From Coriobacteriia bacterium (lineage in GTDB: Bacteria; Actinomycetota; Coriobacteriia; Anaerosomatales; PALSA-660): a DNA stretch of 64,000 nucleotides. The position numbers and the translations under genes are program-made. Shown in pieces: positions 29,541-39,388 of this stretch; the stretch's first letter is position 1, and each line of letters begins with the position of its first letter. The stretch is taken from the NCBI GenBank assembly GCA_036507895.1, contig DATCIG010000068.1, positions 11,046 through 75,045 of the forward strand, read 5' to 3'. Below the pieces are notes generated by a model. The model ran no database searches. It was not told the origin of the DNA and worked only from the letters and a program-made list of their open reading frames with translations.

Positions 29541-30050
29541 TCAGCTCCCCTCGATGAGACCGGGGAGCAGCGAGATCCGCACGATCCCGGACTCCTCGTC
29601 GATGTCCAGGATCACGTCGTCGATGACCGGGATGAGGACCTCCCCAAAGGGGCCATCCACCACCCAGACGTCATTCGCTCCGGTCACGATCACATCGGTG
29701 ACGTGCCCGATCGGTCCGCGCTTCTCGTCGATGACCTCAAGGCCCACAGGGTCGTCGGACTCGTCGACCTCGGGGAGGTCGGCCACCTTGGCGAGGATGA
29801 TGACGCCGCGCAGGGCCTCGGAGGCGGTCAGATCGCGGACCACGTCGAAAGCGAACAGTGGCCCCTTCGGTCCGGCCCGGACCGCCGTGATGCGTGCGGT
29901 CCTGAAAGCGGCGGGCGGGGGAACGAACCAGACCTCGAGTCCGGGCAGTCGTTCAACGGGGAGGTCGACGGTCATGATGACCGAGACCTCCCCGTTCAGT
30001 CCGTGCGTCTTGGCGACCCGCCCGAGTGGGCCGAACTCTTGAGCGTCCAT
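29541..30050 (-). CDS. rimM: 16S rRNA processing protein RimM
   Basis: 169 aa with [13 protein letters not shown] and a C-terminal PRC-barrel-like segment. Confidence 0.9.
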   Translation of the reverse strand: MDAQEFGPLGRVAKTHGLNGEVSVIMTVDLPVERLPGLEVWFVPPPAAFRTARITAVRAGPKGPLFAFDVVRDLTASEALRGVIILAKVADLPEVDESDDPVGLEVIDEKRGPIGHVTDVIVTGANDVWVVDGPFGEVLIPVIDDVILDIDEESGIVRISLLPGLIEGS

Positions 30051-30059
30051 GCTCTGTGG

Positions 30060-30302
30060 CTACCCCAGGATCTCAATGTCGACGTTACGTCCGTCGACCG
30101 ATCCGGCGGCCCGCATCAGCGTGCGCAGGGCTTTGACGATGCGCCCTGAACGCCCGATGACCTTGCCCACATCGTCCGGTGCCACGGTGATCTCGAACAA
30201 CTCGCCGCCGCTCGTCTCGGTGCGCGCGATCGAGACCGCGTCGACGTCGTCGACGAGCGATCGGACCAGATAGTCGATCAGGGTCGCGGTGTCGGCTGCC
30301 AC
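30060..30302 (-). CDS. khpA: KH domain RNA-binding protein (YlqC/KhpA type)
   Basis: 80 aa with the GxxG loop VGKVIGRSGRIVKALRTL. Sits in the conserved slot between rpsP and rimM. GTG start. Confidence 0.8.
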   Translation of the reverse strand: MAADTATLIDYLVRSLVDDVDAVSIARTETSGGELFEITVAPDDVGKVIGRSGRIVKALRTLMRAAGSVDGRNVDIEILG

Positions 30303-30304
30303 GA

Positions 30305-30778
30305 TTACTCGGCGGCCGGTTCGGCGTCGTCCGCGACCTCGACGGGCTCCTCGGCGGGAGCTGCTGCAGCCTCGGCTGCTGCCTCAGCGGCGGCTGCCTT
30401 CTCGGCTGCCTTGGCCTCAGCGGCTGCCTTGGCGTCAGCCTCGGCCTTGACGACCGCGTCAGCGGCGGCCTTCTCGTCCGCGGCCTTCTTGGCAGCGACC
30501 TTCTTCGAGACGCGAGCGACCGCCACAGGGGCCGTCTTCTCGCCGCGGGCGATGGCGATCAGCTTGGCGGCCGCCTCGGTGGGCTGCGCACCCTTGGCGA
30601 TCCACGCATCGACCTTTGCGAGATCGATCTCGATGGTCGAAGGCTCGGTCCGCGGGTTGTAACGGCCGAGAATCTCGAGGAAACGACCGTCGCGCGTGGC
30701 GCGAGCGTCCGCGGCCATAACGCGGTAGAACGGCGCCTTCTTAGCGCCTGCGCGCGCCAGACGGATCTTGACTGCCAA
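30305..30778 (-). CDS. rpsP: 30S ribosomal protein S16, with an Ala/Lys/Glu-rich C-terminal extension
   Basis: Begins [19 protein letters not shown]. The start codon is TTG at 30778, behind GGAGGTGAAGG. Confidence 0.95.
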   Translation of the reverse strand: MAVKIRLARAGAKKAPFYRVMAADARATRDGRFLEILGRYNPRTEPSTIEIDLAKVDAWIAKGAQPTEAAAKLIAIARGEKTAPVAVARVSKKVAAKKAADEKAAADAVVKAEADAKAAAEAKAAEKAAAAEAAAEAAAAPAEEPVEVADDAEPAAE

Positions 30779-30858
30779 GAACCTTCACCTCCGGGGTCAA
30801 TGAGCGAGGCCCGTTCGTGGGCCCCGCGACTCATGCGTATCAAACAGAACGACTGCTG

Positions 30859-30887
30859 ATGATAGGGCATGGGGACGCGCCTGTGAA
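30859..30887 (-). promoter_or_regulatory. candidate rpsP operon promoter (-35 TTCACA, 17 nt, -10 TATCAT)
   Basis: On the minus strand, TTCACA at 30887..30882 and TATCAT at 30864..30859. This is the best sigma-70-type match I found in the window. The leader is about 75 nt. Confidence 0.5.
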
Positions 30888-30927
30888 GGACGGGAGATGC
30901 GCGCGTTCCGATGGCGTTCGCGGATCG

Positions 30928-32265
30928 CTAGGCGCCCAGGCCCGGCATCCCGCGGAACTTGCCCTTGTTGTTCTGCATCTGCTTCATCATCTTCTTCGCC
31001 TGGACGAACTGGTCGAGCAGACGATTGACCTCCTGGACGCTCGTTCCCGATCCGCTCGCGATGCGTGTGCGGCGGTGCCCGTTGATCAGCGACGGTTTCC
31101 GTCGCTCCGCAGCACTCATCGACTGGATGATGGCCTGGGTGCGATCGAGGGCCCGCTCATCGATCTCAGCATTGCCCAGTTGCGCTCGCTGAGCCGATCC
31201 CAGGCCCGGGATCATCCCCAGGACATCCTTGAGCGAGCCCATCTTCCGCACCTGTTGCAGCTGCGCGAGGAAGTCGTCGAGAGTGAACTCGTTGGCGCGT
31301 AACCGCTTCTCGAGCTCCACGGTATCGGAGGCGGCGACGCTCTCCTGGGCCTTCTCGATGAGCGAGACCACGTCACCCATACCGAGGATGCGACGGGCCA
31401 TGCGGTCGGGATGGAACGGTTCGATGGCGTCGAGCTTCTCCCCCACACCGACGAACTTGATCGGCTTGCCGGTCACGGCGCGCACCGACAGCGCGGCTCC
31501 TCCGCGGGCGTCACCGTCGAGCTTCGTGACGATCACACCGTCGAAGTCCACGCGTTCGGCGAAGGCGCTCGCCGCCACGACCGCATCCTGACCGGTCATC
31601 GCGTCGATGACCATCAGCACCTGGTCGGGCCGGACCGCATCGCGGATGCGGGAAGCCTCCTCCATCATCGCTTCGTCGACATGCAGGCGGCCGGCGGTAT
31701 CGACCAGCACGACGTCGCGCATGTCGGCGATCGCCGCCTTCACGCCGGCCTTCGCGATGTCGACCGGGTCCGCGCCGTCCTCACCGCGGTAGACCGGGAT
31801 GTCGAGTTCGCGGCCGAGCGCCTGGAGCTGGTCGATGGCGGCCGGACGATAGACGTCGCAGGCGATCATCAGTGGGCGCCGGCCCTGCTTGCGCAACAGG
31901 TTCGCCAGCTTGGCGGTGGCGGTCGTCTTACCGGAGCCCTGCAGGCCGACGAGCATGATGACGTTCGGGATGCGACCGGAGAAGGCCAGTTTGCTCTCGC
32001 CGGTCCCCATCAGCGTGCTCAATTCGTCGAGCACGATGCTGACGACCGTCTGACCCGGCGTCAGCGAGCGCATCACGTCCGCGCCGGTCGCCCGCTCCCG
32101 CACGCGGGCGACGAAGGATTTGACGACGGTGAAGTTGACGTCGGCTTCGAGCAGGGCGAGGCGGACCTCGCGCATGGCCGCGTCGATATCTGCCTCGGAG
32201 AGGCGCCCGCGGCCGGTCAGGCGCGAGAAGACGCCCTGTAGCCGCTCGGTGAGGTTCTCGAACAC
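30928..32265 (-). CDS. ffh: signal recognition particle protein Ffh
   Basis: 445 aa with VGLQGSGKTTATAKLA and DTAGRLH, plus a Met-rich M domain. GTG start. Confidence 0.95.
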   Translation of the reverse strand: MFENLTERLQGVFSRLTGRGRLSEADIDAAMREVRLALLEADVNFTVVKSFVARVRERATGADVMRSLTPGQTVVSIVLDELSTLMGTGESKLAFSGRIPNVIMLVGLQGSGKTTATAKLANLLRKQGRRPLMIACDVYRPAAIDQLQALGRELDIPVYRGEDGADPVDIAKAGVKAAIADMRDVVLVDTAGRLHVDEAMMEEASRIRDAVRPDQVLMVIDAMTGQDAVVAASAFAERVDFDGVIVTKLDGDARGGAALSVRAVTGKPIKFVGVGEKLDAIEPFHPDRMARRILGMGDVVSLIEKAQESVAASDTVELEKRLRANEFTLDDFLAQLQQVRKMGSLKDVLGMIPGLGSAQRAQLGNAEIDERALDRTQAIIQSMSAAERRKPSLINGHRRTRIASGSGTSVQEVNRLLDQFVQAKKMMKQMQNNKGKFRGMPGLGA

Positions 32266-32297
32266 GTGTGGTCCTTCCGGTCCTTGTGGGCCGTCCC

Positions 32298-32894
32298 CTA
32301 TGGTTCGGGGACGAGTCCTATACGGGCGATCGGTGCGTAGATGGCCATGACGCGGCCATGGAGTGATGAGACGGGGAACGTGCCGACGAAACGGCTGTCC
32401 AAGGAGACCGAGCGGTTGTCACCCGCAACGAATATCTGCCCCGCTGGGACCACGAGCTGCTCGATAGGCTGCGTTTCGCCTCCGTTGATGATCATATGCG
32501 GGAACTGCTCGCCGCTTCCGTTGACCGTGAGCAGGTCACCTGCGACGTTCACCCGATCGCCGGCGAGCGCGACGATACGCTTCACCCACTCTTCGGTCTT
32601 GCCCTTGTAGCGTACGTGGAGCACCACGATGTCACCGCGTCGCGGCACCGCCACTCCCTTGGTGATCAGGACGTAGTCATGGTCCCACAGTGTCGGATAC
32701 ATCGACGTACCGTCGATCGTCGTGGTGTCGTAGAAGACGTAGAACACGAGGATGATCGCAAGCAACATCGTGGTGAGCGGGAGGACCAACGCGAGCGCGA
32801 AGCGTGCGGAACGCCGCTGGCTCGCGGTCAGGCCGTCTTCGTCGAGTTCGTCGGGCGACGGAGCTTTCGCCCGCTCGCCCAGTGGGTCGTCCAT
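32298..32894 (-). CDS. lepB: signal peptidase I (second paralogue)
   Basis: ORF 32298..33356 trimmed to ATG 32894 (1-nt TGATG overlap with the ftsY stop). Has a TM anchor, DGTSMYPTL, VKRIVALAGDRV and GDNRSVSLDSR. Confidence 0.85.
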   Translation of the reverse strand: MDDPLGERAKAPSPDELDEDGLTASQRRSARFALALVLPLTTMLLAIILVFYVFYDTTTIDGTSMYPTLWDHDYVLITKGVAVPRRGDIVVLHVRYKGKTEEWVKRIVALAGDRVNVAGDLLTVNGSGEQFPHMIINGGETQPIEQLVVPAGQIFVAGDNRSVSLDSRFVGTFPVSSLHGRVMAIYAPIARIGLVPEP

Positions 32895-33805
32895 CAGCGC
32901 GCGCCCGTCAGAGCCCGCGCGAACTCCGTGGCATCGAAGGCGTGCAGATCCTCCACGGACTCGCCCACCCCGATTCGCACGATGGGGAGGCCGAGCTCCC
33001 GGGCGATGGCGACGGCGATGCCGCCGCGTGCGGTCCCGTCGAGCTTCGTCAGGATGATGCCATCGAGCTCGAGCGCCTCGTTGAACAGGCGCGCCTGCTG
33101 TAGTCCGTTCTGGCCGGTCGTCGCGTCGAGGACCAGCAGCGAGCACACGGGCGCGGTGCTTTGGGCCTTCGCGACACGCTGGACCTTGCGCAGTTCCTGC
33201 ATGAGGTCCGTCGAGGTGTGGAGGCGGCCGGCGGTGTCGATCAACACGAGGTCTCCGCCGAGTTCGCGCGCCTTCGCCAGCGTGTCGAAGACCACGGATG
33301 CGGGATCGGTCCCGCGCTCCCTTTCGACGACCGGAACGCCCGCGCGGTCGGCCCATACGCGGAGCTGCTCGATAGCGGCGGCCCGATACGTGTCGGCCGA
33401 CCCGACGACGACTCGGCGGCCCGCTGCCGCGGCCTCGGCGGCTATCTTGCCCACCGAGGTCGTCTTCCCGGTGCCGTTGACGCCGACGAACAGGACGGTG
33501 AGCGGGTTCGCGGCGAGCGGGTCGCTGACGGCGGGCAGTTCGTTCGCGATCAGGTCCACGAGAGCGGAGCCCACCGCTGTGGCGTCAGGAAGGTCTTCCC
33601 GCCGCGCACGCGTCTTCAGGCGTTCCACGATCTCGGAGGAGGCGGCTGCCCCCATGTCGGCGGCGATGAGCGTCTCCTCGAGGTACTCCCAGAACTCCTC
33701 GCCGACATCCGGGCCGCGACCCACGATCTCGGCGATACGGTCGCCGATCTGGTCCCGGGTGCGGCTCAGCCCCGCCGAGAGCCGGTCGAACCAGCCCGGG
33801 CTCAT
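32894..33805 (-). CDS. ftsY: signal recognition particle receptor FtsY
   Basis: 303 aa with VGVNGTGKTTSVGKIA and DTAGRLH. ATGA overlap with the smc stop. Confidence 0.95.
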   Translation of the reverse strand: MSPGWFDRLSAGLSRTRDQIGDRIAEIVGRGPDVGEEFWEYLEETLIAADMGAAASSEIVERLKTRARREDLPDATAVGSALVDLIANELPAVSDPLAANPLTVLFVGVNGTGKTTSVGKIAAEAAAAGRRVVVGSADTYRAAAIEQLRVWADRAGVPVVERERGTDPASVVFDTLAKARELGGDLVLIDTAGRLHTSTDLMQELRKVQRVAKAQSTAPVCSLLVLDATTGQNGLQQARLFNEALELDGIILTKLDGTARGGIAVAIARELGLPIVRIGVGESVEDLHAFDATEFARALTGAR

Positions 33806-36800
33806 CGGGCAGCGTCCAAGTCGACCGGCCGTCCCGTGGAACGGTCGAGACGCTGGCTGACGACCTTGCTCACGCCGTCCGACTGCATGCTGACGCCGTA
33901 GAGCACGTCGGCCATCTCCATGGTGCGCCGCTGATGGGTGACCACGATGAACTGTGTGTGCGAGCGCAGGGAATCGACGAACGACACGAATCTACGCAGG
34001 TTGGAGTCGTCCAAGGCGGCTTCGACCTCGTCGAGGATGTAGAACGGGCACGGCCGGGCACGGTAGAGCGCGAAGAGCAGCGCCAGCGCGGTGAGTGACT
34101 TCTCTCCGCCCGACATGAGCGTCATCTTCTGCAACTTCTTGCCGATCGGCTGTGCGATGACCTCGATGCCCGTGGTCTCCGGATCGTCCGGGTCGGTCAT
34201 GGCGAGCTCCGCGTGGCCACCGGGGAACAGAACGGTGAAGACGTTCTGGAAGTGGTGGTTCACCTGCTCGAAGGTCTCCAGGAAGCGGTCGCGCATCTTG
34301 CGGTCGATGGCCCGCACGACCTTGCCGAGCGCGGCCCGGCTCGACGCGAGGTCCTCGATCTGCGCGGCCAAGTGCTCGCGGCGGTGTTCGAGGGCGCTGT
34401 GCTCCTCGACGGCCAGTTCGTTGACCGGTCCGATCTGCGAGATCTGCTTGCGCAACTTGTGCGCGCGGTCCGCGGCCACATCCCTGTCCGCGAACGGTTC
34501 GATCTCGAGTGCGCGCTCCAACGGGACGCCGAACTCCTCGACGATGCGCGCGACGGCCGCATCGACCTGTACCTGCAGCTGCCCCTTGGAGACCCTGAGA
34601 TCGCCCATCGCACCGTTGCGCGCGTCCAGCGCGCTCTGAGCGTCTCTGACCGCGTCTTGCGCGTTGCGGATGGTGTCGCGGAGCGACTGCGAGTCGGCCT
34701 GTTCGAAACGCGCACGGTCCCGCAGCTTGACCGCCCACTCCTCCGCGCGCTCCAGCAAGGCGGCGTAGAGGTCGTGCACCGGCTGGATGCGCTCGCGCAG
34801 CAGCTCGAGTGCAGCCTCCGTACGCGCAGATGAGTCGAGCGTCTCCTCGATCTCGGTGAGGTCGGAGGTCGCGGCGGACATCTGGCGCTTGAGGTGCACC
34901 TCGCGTTCCGAGACGGTGGCCAGGTCGACCTGGCACGTGGCGAGGCGATCGGAGATGACCGTCTCCTCCCGGAACCGGTCCTCGCGGAACTCCCGCTTGA
35001 CGACCGCGTCCTCCTCCAGTGCCTCGAGGCGGCCTTCCATCTCGCGGATGCGTTCGGCGTACTGCTCGCGAGCGGGCCGGTCTTTCGTCGTACGCTCGGC
35101 GATCGTCGCCACTCGCTGCTCGATGGAGCGCGCCTCGGACTCCAGGTCCGTGAGCGCGGATTCGAGTCTTCCGATCTCCTCGCGCAGCGATTCATGCTCG
35201 CCCGAGCGGGTCGCCAGCTGCTGTCCGAGTTCGAGCGCGTCCTGCTGTGCGGCGCGCAGTGCTTCCTCGGCTTCTGCCAACAAGGCCTCGGACTCCCCCA
35301 CCATCGAGGATGCGGCCGCCTCGGTGTCATGGAGCTCGTTGATACGCCGCTTGCGCTCGAGCACCGAGGCGCTCTGGTCCAAACCGCGCCCGATGGTGAC
35401 TTTGCCCGACGGCCAGATCATATGGCCGTCGGGTGTGGCGAACCGGCATGCCGGGAAGCGCGAAGAGGCGTCGAAAGCCTCTTCCAGCGTCGGCACGAGG
35501 TAGACGTCGCCCAGGATCGCCTCGATCGCGGGTCGTATCGACTCGTCGCACTTCACGGTATCCGAGAGGCGCTTGCCGGCGCCCGAGCGGGTCTCGAGCG
35601 GGACGGCGGCGTCGAGCGCCATGATCGAGATGTCGCCCGACGAGTGCTCGGCGAGCAGGGAGAGCACGCCTGCCCGCGCGGTGGTGTCGGACACCAGGAC
35701 GCAGAAGAGGTCGGAGCCGAGCGCGAGCTCGACGGCCTTCTCCGCCTCCGGGTCGACGGTGATCACATCGGTCAGCGGCCCGACCAGCCCGTCGACCGTG
35801 CGCTCGGATGAAAGGACCCACGCCAGCGCCGGCGTGGCCGTGGCGAACGCCCGATCGACCTCTTCGAGGCCGATGCCCTCGGCACGGACCTGCGAGAGAC
35901 GATCGCGGAGCTCCTGCAACTCACGCCGCCGCGACTCCACCACGCGCACGCGGCGGTCCACATCGGACTCCGCGAGAGCGATCTGCTTGAGCGTGTGCGC
36001 ACGCACGCGCTCGGTCTCCTGCAGCCGCGTGCGGCGGGCCGCGAGCGTGGCGAAGAGCGACTGGCGCTGACCGAGCAGAGCAGAAGTCCGCTCTGCGAGC
36101 AGCGATTCCTCGAGAGTGAAAGCCGACAGCGACTGCTCGACGCGCGCGAGTTCCGTCCGCGCATCATCCGCTTCCTTGCGAAGGCGCCTGATCGCGGCCG
36201 TGGCCTCGGAGAGCGCGGACTCGGCGGCGAGGCGCTCCTTGCGGGCGGTCTCGGACTCACGACGGGTCTCACCGAGACGCTGGTAGTTGGCCTTGAGCTG
36301 CGCATCGGCGGCCGTGCGCTCCTCGGTGAGGCGCGTGACCTCATCGAGCCGTCTCTCGCGGCGCCCTTCGGCGCCATGAACCTTCGCGCGCAGCTCCGAG
36401 ATACGCTCGATGAGGTTCTTGCCCTTCTCCTCAAGGAGGAGCAGGGCCGAATTCAGCCGCTCGAGCACCGTCTGAAGGCGTCGTCTTTGCTCGCTCAGGT
36501 CGCCGACGAACAGGCCCTTCTCTTCGAGCAGGGCCTGGAGCGCGCCGAGCTCGCGTTCCTTCTCGGTGAGCCGATAGCGCGCAAGCTCGAGGTCGGCGTC
36601 GTGCTCGCGCTCGTCCTTCAGTGCCGCTTCCCAGTTCCCGCGCAGCGTATGGAGATCGTCGACCGCCAGCGCCACCTCGATGTCGCGCAGCTGCGCCACG
36701 AGACCGTCATACTGCCGCGCCTTGTCGGCTTGCCGCTGCAGGGGGCGAAGCTGCCGCTCCACCTCTCCCAGAACATCGCGGGCGCGCTCGAGGTTCGACT

Positions 36801-37353
36801 CCATGGAGCCGAGCTTGCGCAGCGCGCGCTCCTTGCGCTTCTTGTGCTTCAGGACGCCGGCGGCTTCCTCGATCAGCGAACGCCGGTCTTCGGGACGGGA
36901 GTTCAGGATCTCGTCGAGACGGCCCTGGCTGATGATCGAATGGGTGTCGCGCCCGAGACCGGAGTCGTGCAAGAGGTCCTGGATGTCCATCAGGCGGCAC
37001 GGCGAGTTGTTGATCAAGTATTCACTCTCGCCGCTGCGGTACATGCGGCGGGTGATGGTGACTTCGGAGAACTCGAGCGGCAGGCCGCCGTCGGTGTTAT
37101 CGAGAACGAGGTCGACCTCGGCGACGCCGACGGCCTGGCGCGCCGAAGAGCCCGCGAAGATGACATCCTCCATCGAGTTCCCGCGCAGACTCTTGGCGGA
37201 CTGCTCCCCGAGCACCCAGAGGACGGCATCGGAGATATTGGATTTGCCCGAGCCGTTGGGGCCGACGACGGTCGTGACGCCGGGTTCCAGGGTCAGGTTG
37301 ACCCGGTCGGCGAATGACTTGAATCCCTTGACGGTGAGTGACTTGAGGTACAC
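33802..37353 (-). CDS. smc: chromosome segregation protein SMC
   Basis: 1183 aa with Walker A VVGPNGSGKSNISDAV, long coiled coils and a hinge, the signature LSGGEKSLTALALLFA and Walker B FYILDEVEAALD. GTG start. Confidence 0.95.
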   Translation of the reverse strand: MYLKSLTVKGFKSFADRVNLTLEPGVTTVVGPNGSGKSNISDAVLWVLGEQSAKSLRGNSMEDVIFAGSSARQAVGVAEVDLVLDNTDGGLPLEFSEVTITRRMYRSGESEYLINNSPCRLMDIQDLLHDSGLGRDTHSIISQGRLDEILNSRPEDRRSLIEEAAGVLKHKKRKERALRKLGSMESNLERARDVLGEVERQLRPLQRQADKARQYDGLVAQLRDIEVALAVDDLHTLRGNWEAALKDEREHDADLELARYRLTEKERELGALQALLEEKGLFVGDLSEQRRRLQTVLERLNSALLLLEEKGKNLIERISELRAKVHGAEGRRERRLDEVTRLTEERTAADAQLKANYQRLGETRRESETARKERLAAESALSEATAAIRRLRKEADDARTELARVEQSLSAFTLEESLLAERTSALLGQRQSLFATLAARRTRLQETERVRAHTLKQIALAESDVDRRVRVVESRRRELQELRDRLSQVRAEGIGLEEVDRAFATATPALAWVLSSERTVDGLVGPLTDVITVDPEAEKAVELALGSDLFCVLVSDTTARAGVLSLLAEHSSGDISIMALDAAVPLETRSGAGKRLSDTVKCDESIRPAIEAILGDVYLVPTLEEAFDASSRFPACRFATPDGHMIWPSGKVTIGRGLDQSASVLERKRRINELHDTEAAASSMVGESEALLAEAEEALRAAQQDALELGQQLATRSGEHESLREEIGRLESALTDLESEARSIEQRVATIAERTTKDRPAREQYAERIREMEGRLEALEEDAVVKREFREDRFREETVISDRLATCQVDLATVSEREVHLKRQMSAATSDLTEIEETLDSSARTEAALELLRERIQPVHDLYAALLERAEEWAVKLRDRARFEQADSQSLRDTIRNAQDAVRDAQSALDARNGAMGDLRVSKGQLQVQVDAAVARIVEEFGVPLERALEIEPFADRDVAADRAHKLRKQISQIGPVNELAVEEHSALEHRREHLAAQIEDLASSRAALGKVVRAIDRKMRDRFLETFEQVNHHFQNVFTVLFPGGHAELAMTDPDDPETTGIEVIAQPIGKKLQKMTLMSGGEKSLTALALLFALYRARPCPFYILDEVEAALDDSNLRRFVSFVDSLRSHTQFIVVTHQRRTMEMADVLYGVSMQSDGVSKVVSQRLDRSTGRPVDLDAAR

Positions 37354-37414
37354 GGATCCCCGGACGCCGGCGTTGGCTCATACGTGCGGGACCGGTAGGG
37401 TCACGCAACGAGAA

Positions 37415-37423
37415 ATGCTACCA
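37415..37423 (-). promoter_or_regulatory. extended -10 TGGTAGCAT, candidate smc promoter
   Basis: The minus strand reads gctgTGGTAGCATttc, about 60 nt upstream of the smc GTG. It resembles the TGnTAGnAT elements at 6615 and 49081. Confidence 0.35.
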
Positions 37424-37472
37424 CAGCACCGGTGCGTCTCCGCGAGCCGAAGAGACGGCCTCGAAGTCCCGC

Positions 37473-38156
37473 TCAGGCGCGGTCAAGGACTTCCAGCGCG
37501 GCGGTCGCGGCGGCCTTCTGAGCGCGCTGCTTCGTCGCTCCCGAACCGCTGCCGAGCATCCGGTCCCCCACGGACACCTCGACGGCGAACACAGGGGAAT
37601 GTGCGGGTCCCGAACGTTCGACGATCCGGTACGACGGAAGCCCGAGGCCGGCACCCTGCGTGAGCGCCTGCAGGCGGCTCTTGGCGTCTTCCGGAACGGC
37701 CAGCAGGTGCTCGCGGGAGATACGGTCGCCGAGGACGCGGAGAACGAAATCACCGACGACCTCCAGCCCCGAGTCGAGATAGATCGCGCCGACCAACGCC
37801 TCGAAAGCGTTCTCGAGTACCGATGCGCGATCGCCCTCGTGTGCCGCTCCCCTTCCGAATCGGATCGCCGGTCCCAGTCCGAGTTCACGCGCCACCTCCG
37901 CGGCTGTGCGACCCGAGGTGAGAGAGATCTTCATACGTGTCAGAGAGCCCTCCGGAAGGTCCGGGAAGGCCTCGTAGAGGCGTGGAGCCACGATCCACGA
38001 CAAGACGGCATCGCCCAGGAACTCGAGCCGCTCGTAATCGTCACCGCCGTTCTCGAGCGCCCATGTGGGGTGCGTCAGGGCGCTGCGAAGGAGCTCGGGG
38101 TCGTGCACCTGCACGCCGAGCCGTGCCATGAGCGCGTCGAAGGCCGAGTCGCTCAC
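37473..38156 (-). CDS. rnc: ribonuclease III
   Basis: ORF 37473..38339 trimmed to GTG 38156 (GTGA overlap with the fabF stop). Contains ERLEFLGDAVL and a C-terminal dsRBD. ATG 38129 is an alternative start. Confidence 0.9.
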   Translation of the reverse strand: MSDSAFDALMARLGVQVHDPELLRSALTHPTWALENGGDDYERLEFLGDAVLSWIVAPRLYEAFPDLPEGSLTRMKISLTSGRTAAEVARELGLGPAIRFGRGAAHEGDRASVLENAFEALVGAIYLDSGLEVVGDFVLRVLGDRISREHLLAVPEDAKSRLQALTQGAGLGLPSYRIVERSGPAHSPVFAVEVSVGDRMLGSGSGATKQRAQKAAATAALEVLDRA

Positions 38157-39388
38157 CGGTCGGCGCGTCCCAAGAGGATGGAAGCGTTGTGGCCGCCGAA
38201 TCCGAAGGAGTTGCTGAGCGCGATGGCGGGATCGATACGGCGCGCGACGTTCGGGACGTAGTCGAGGTCGCATGCGGGATCGGGGTCGGAGTAGTTGATC
38301 GTGGGAGGAACGATGCCCGTCTCGAGCGCGAGTACGCACGCGACCGCCTCGATCGCCGCTGCACCACCGAGCAAGTGGCCGGTCATCGACTTCGTCGACG
38401 ATACGGCGGGCGCCCGGGAGCCGAAGACCTCGCGGATCGCGCCGGTCTCGGCGGCATCACCGGGCGGGGTGGAGGTACCGTGCGCGTTGATGTAGCCGAC
38501 TTCGCTCCGATCGACCCCCGCCTGCTCCAGCGCGAGTCTCATCGCCCGCCGGGCACCGTTGCCGTCGGGAGCGGGGGCCGTCACGTGGTAGGCGTCGGCC
38601 GTCGCTCCGTACCCGATTATCTCGGCCCGGATGCGCGCGCCTCGCGCCACTGCATGATCCCACTCCTCGAGTACGAGTGTGGCGCCACCTTCGCCGATGA
38701 CGAAACCGTCACGGCCCGCGTCGAACGGTCGCGATGCGGCCTGCGGTTCATCGTTGCGCGTGGAGAGTGCGCGCGCCGCGGCGAAGCCGGCGAGCCCCAG
38801 CGGAGTGACTCCGGCGTCGAACCCGCCGGCCACCACGACGTCGGCCGAGCCCCGCCTGATCGCCTCGAAGGCCTCGCCGATCGCGTGGTTACCCGTGGCG
38901 CAGGCGGACACGGGCGCGTAGTTGATGCCCTTGAAGCCGTGGCGGATGGAGATGAGGCCCGCGGCGACGTCGATGATCATCCCGGGGACGAGGAAGGGGC
39001 TGACACGGGAGGGGCCGCGCTCGATGAGCACGCGCGTCTGCTCCTCCATGAGGCCGAGGCCCCCGATACCCGAGCCGACGATGACGCCGTAGCGCTCGGC
39101 CTCCGCCCCCTCGACCGCACCGAGGCCGGCGTCGGCGATCGCTTCGTCTGCGGCGATGACCGCGAACTGCTGGAAGCGCGACATGCGACGGGCCTCTTTG
39201 ACGCCGAGGGAGGCAACGGGGTCGAAGTCGTCGACACAGCCCGCGAAGCGGACCGGGTAGTCGGTGGTGTCGAATGTCGTGATCGGGCCGATGCCGGAGC
39301 GGCCCGAGGTGAGCGACTCCCAGACCGCTTCTACGCCGATCCCGACGGGACAGACGATCCCGAGACCCGTGACCGCGACTCTTCTCAT
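38153..39388 (-). CDS. fabF: 3-oxoacyl-ACP synthase II
   Basis: 411 aa with the active-site Cys in VSACATGNHAIGEA, plus HGTSTPPGD and NSFGFGGHNAS. Confidence 0.95.
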   Translation of the reverse strand: MRRVAVTGLGIVCPVGIGVEAVWESLTSGRSGIGPITTFDTTDYPVRFAGCVDDFDPVASLGVKEARRMSRFQQFAVIAADEAIADAGLGAVEGAEAERYGVIVGSGIGGLGLMEEQTRVLIERGPSRVSPFLVPGMIIDVAAGLISIRHGFKGINYAPVSACATGNHAIGEAFEAIRRGSADVVVAGGFDAGVTPLGLAGFAAARALSTRNDEPQAASRPFDAGRDGFVIGEGGATLVLEEWDHAVARGARIRAEIIGYGATADAYHVTAPAPDGNGARRAMRLALEQAGVDRSEVGYINAHGTSTPPGDAAETGAIREVFGSRAPAVSSTKSMTGHLLGGAAAIEAVACVLALETGIVPPTINYSDPDPACDLDYVPNVARRIDPAIALSNSFGFGGHNASILLGRADR

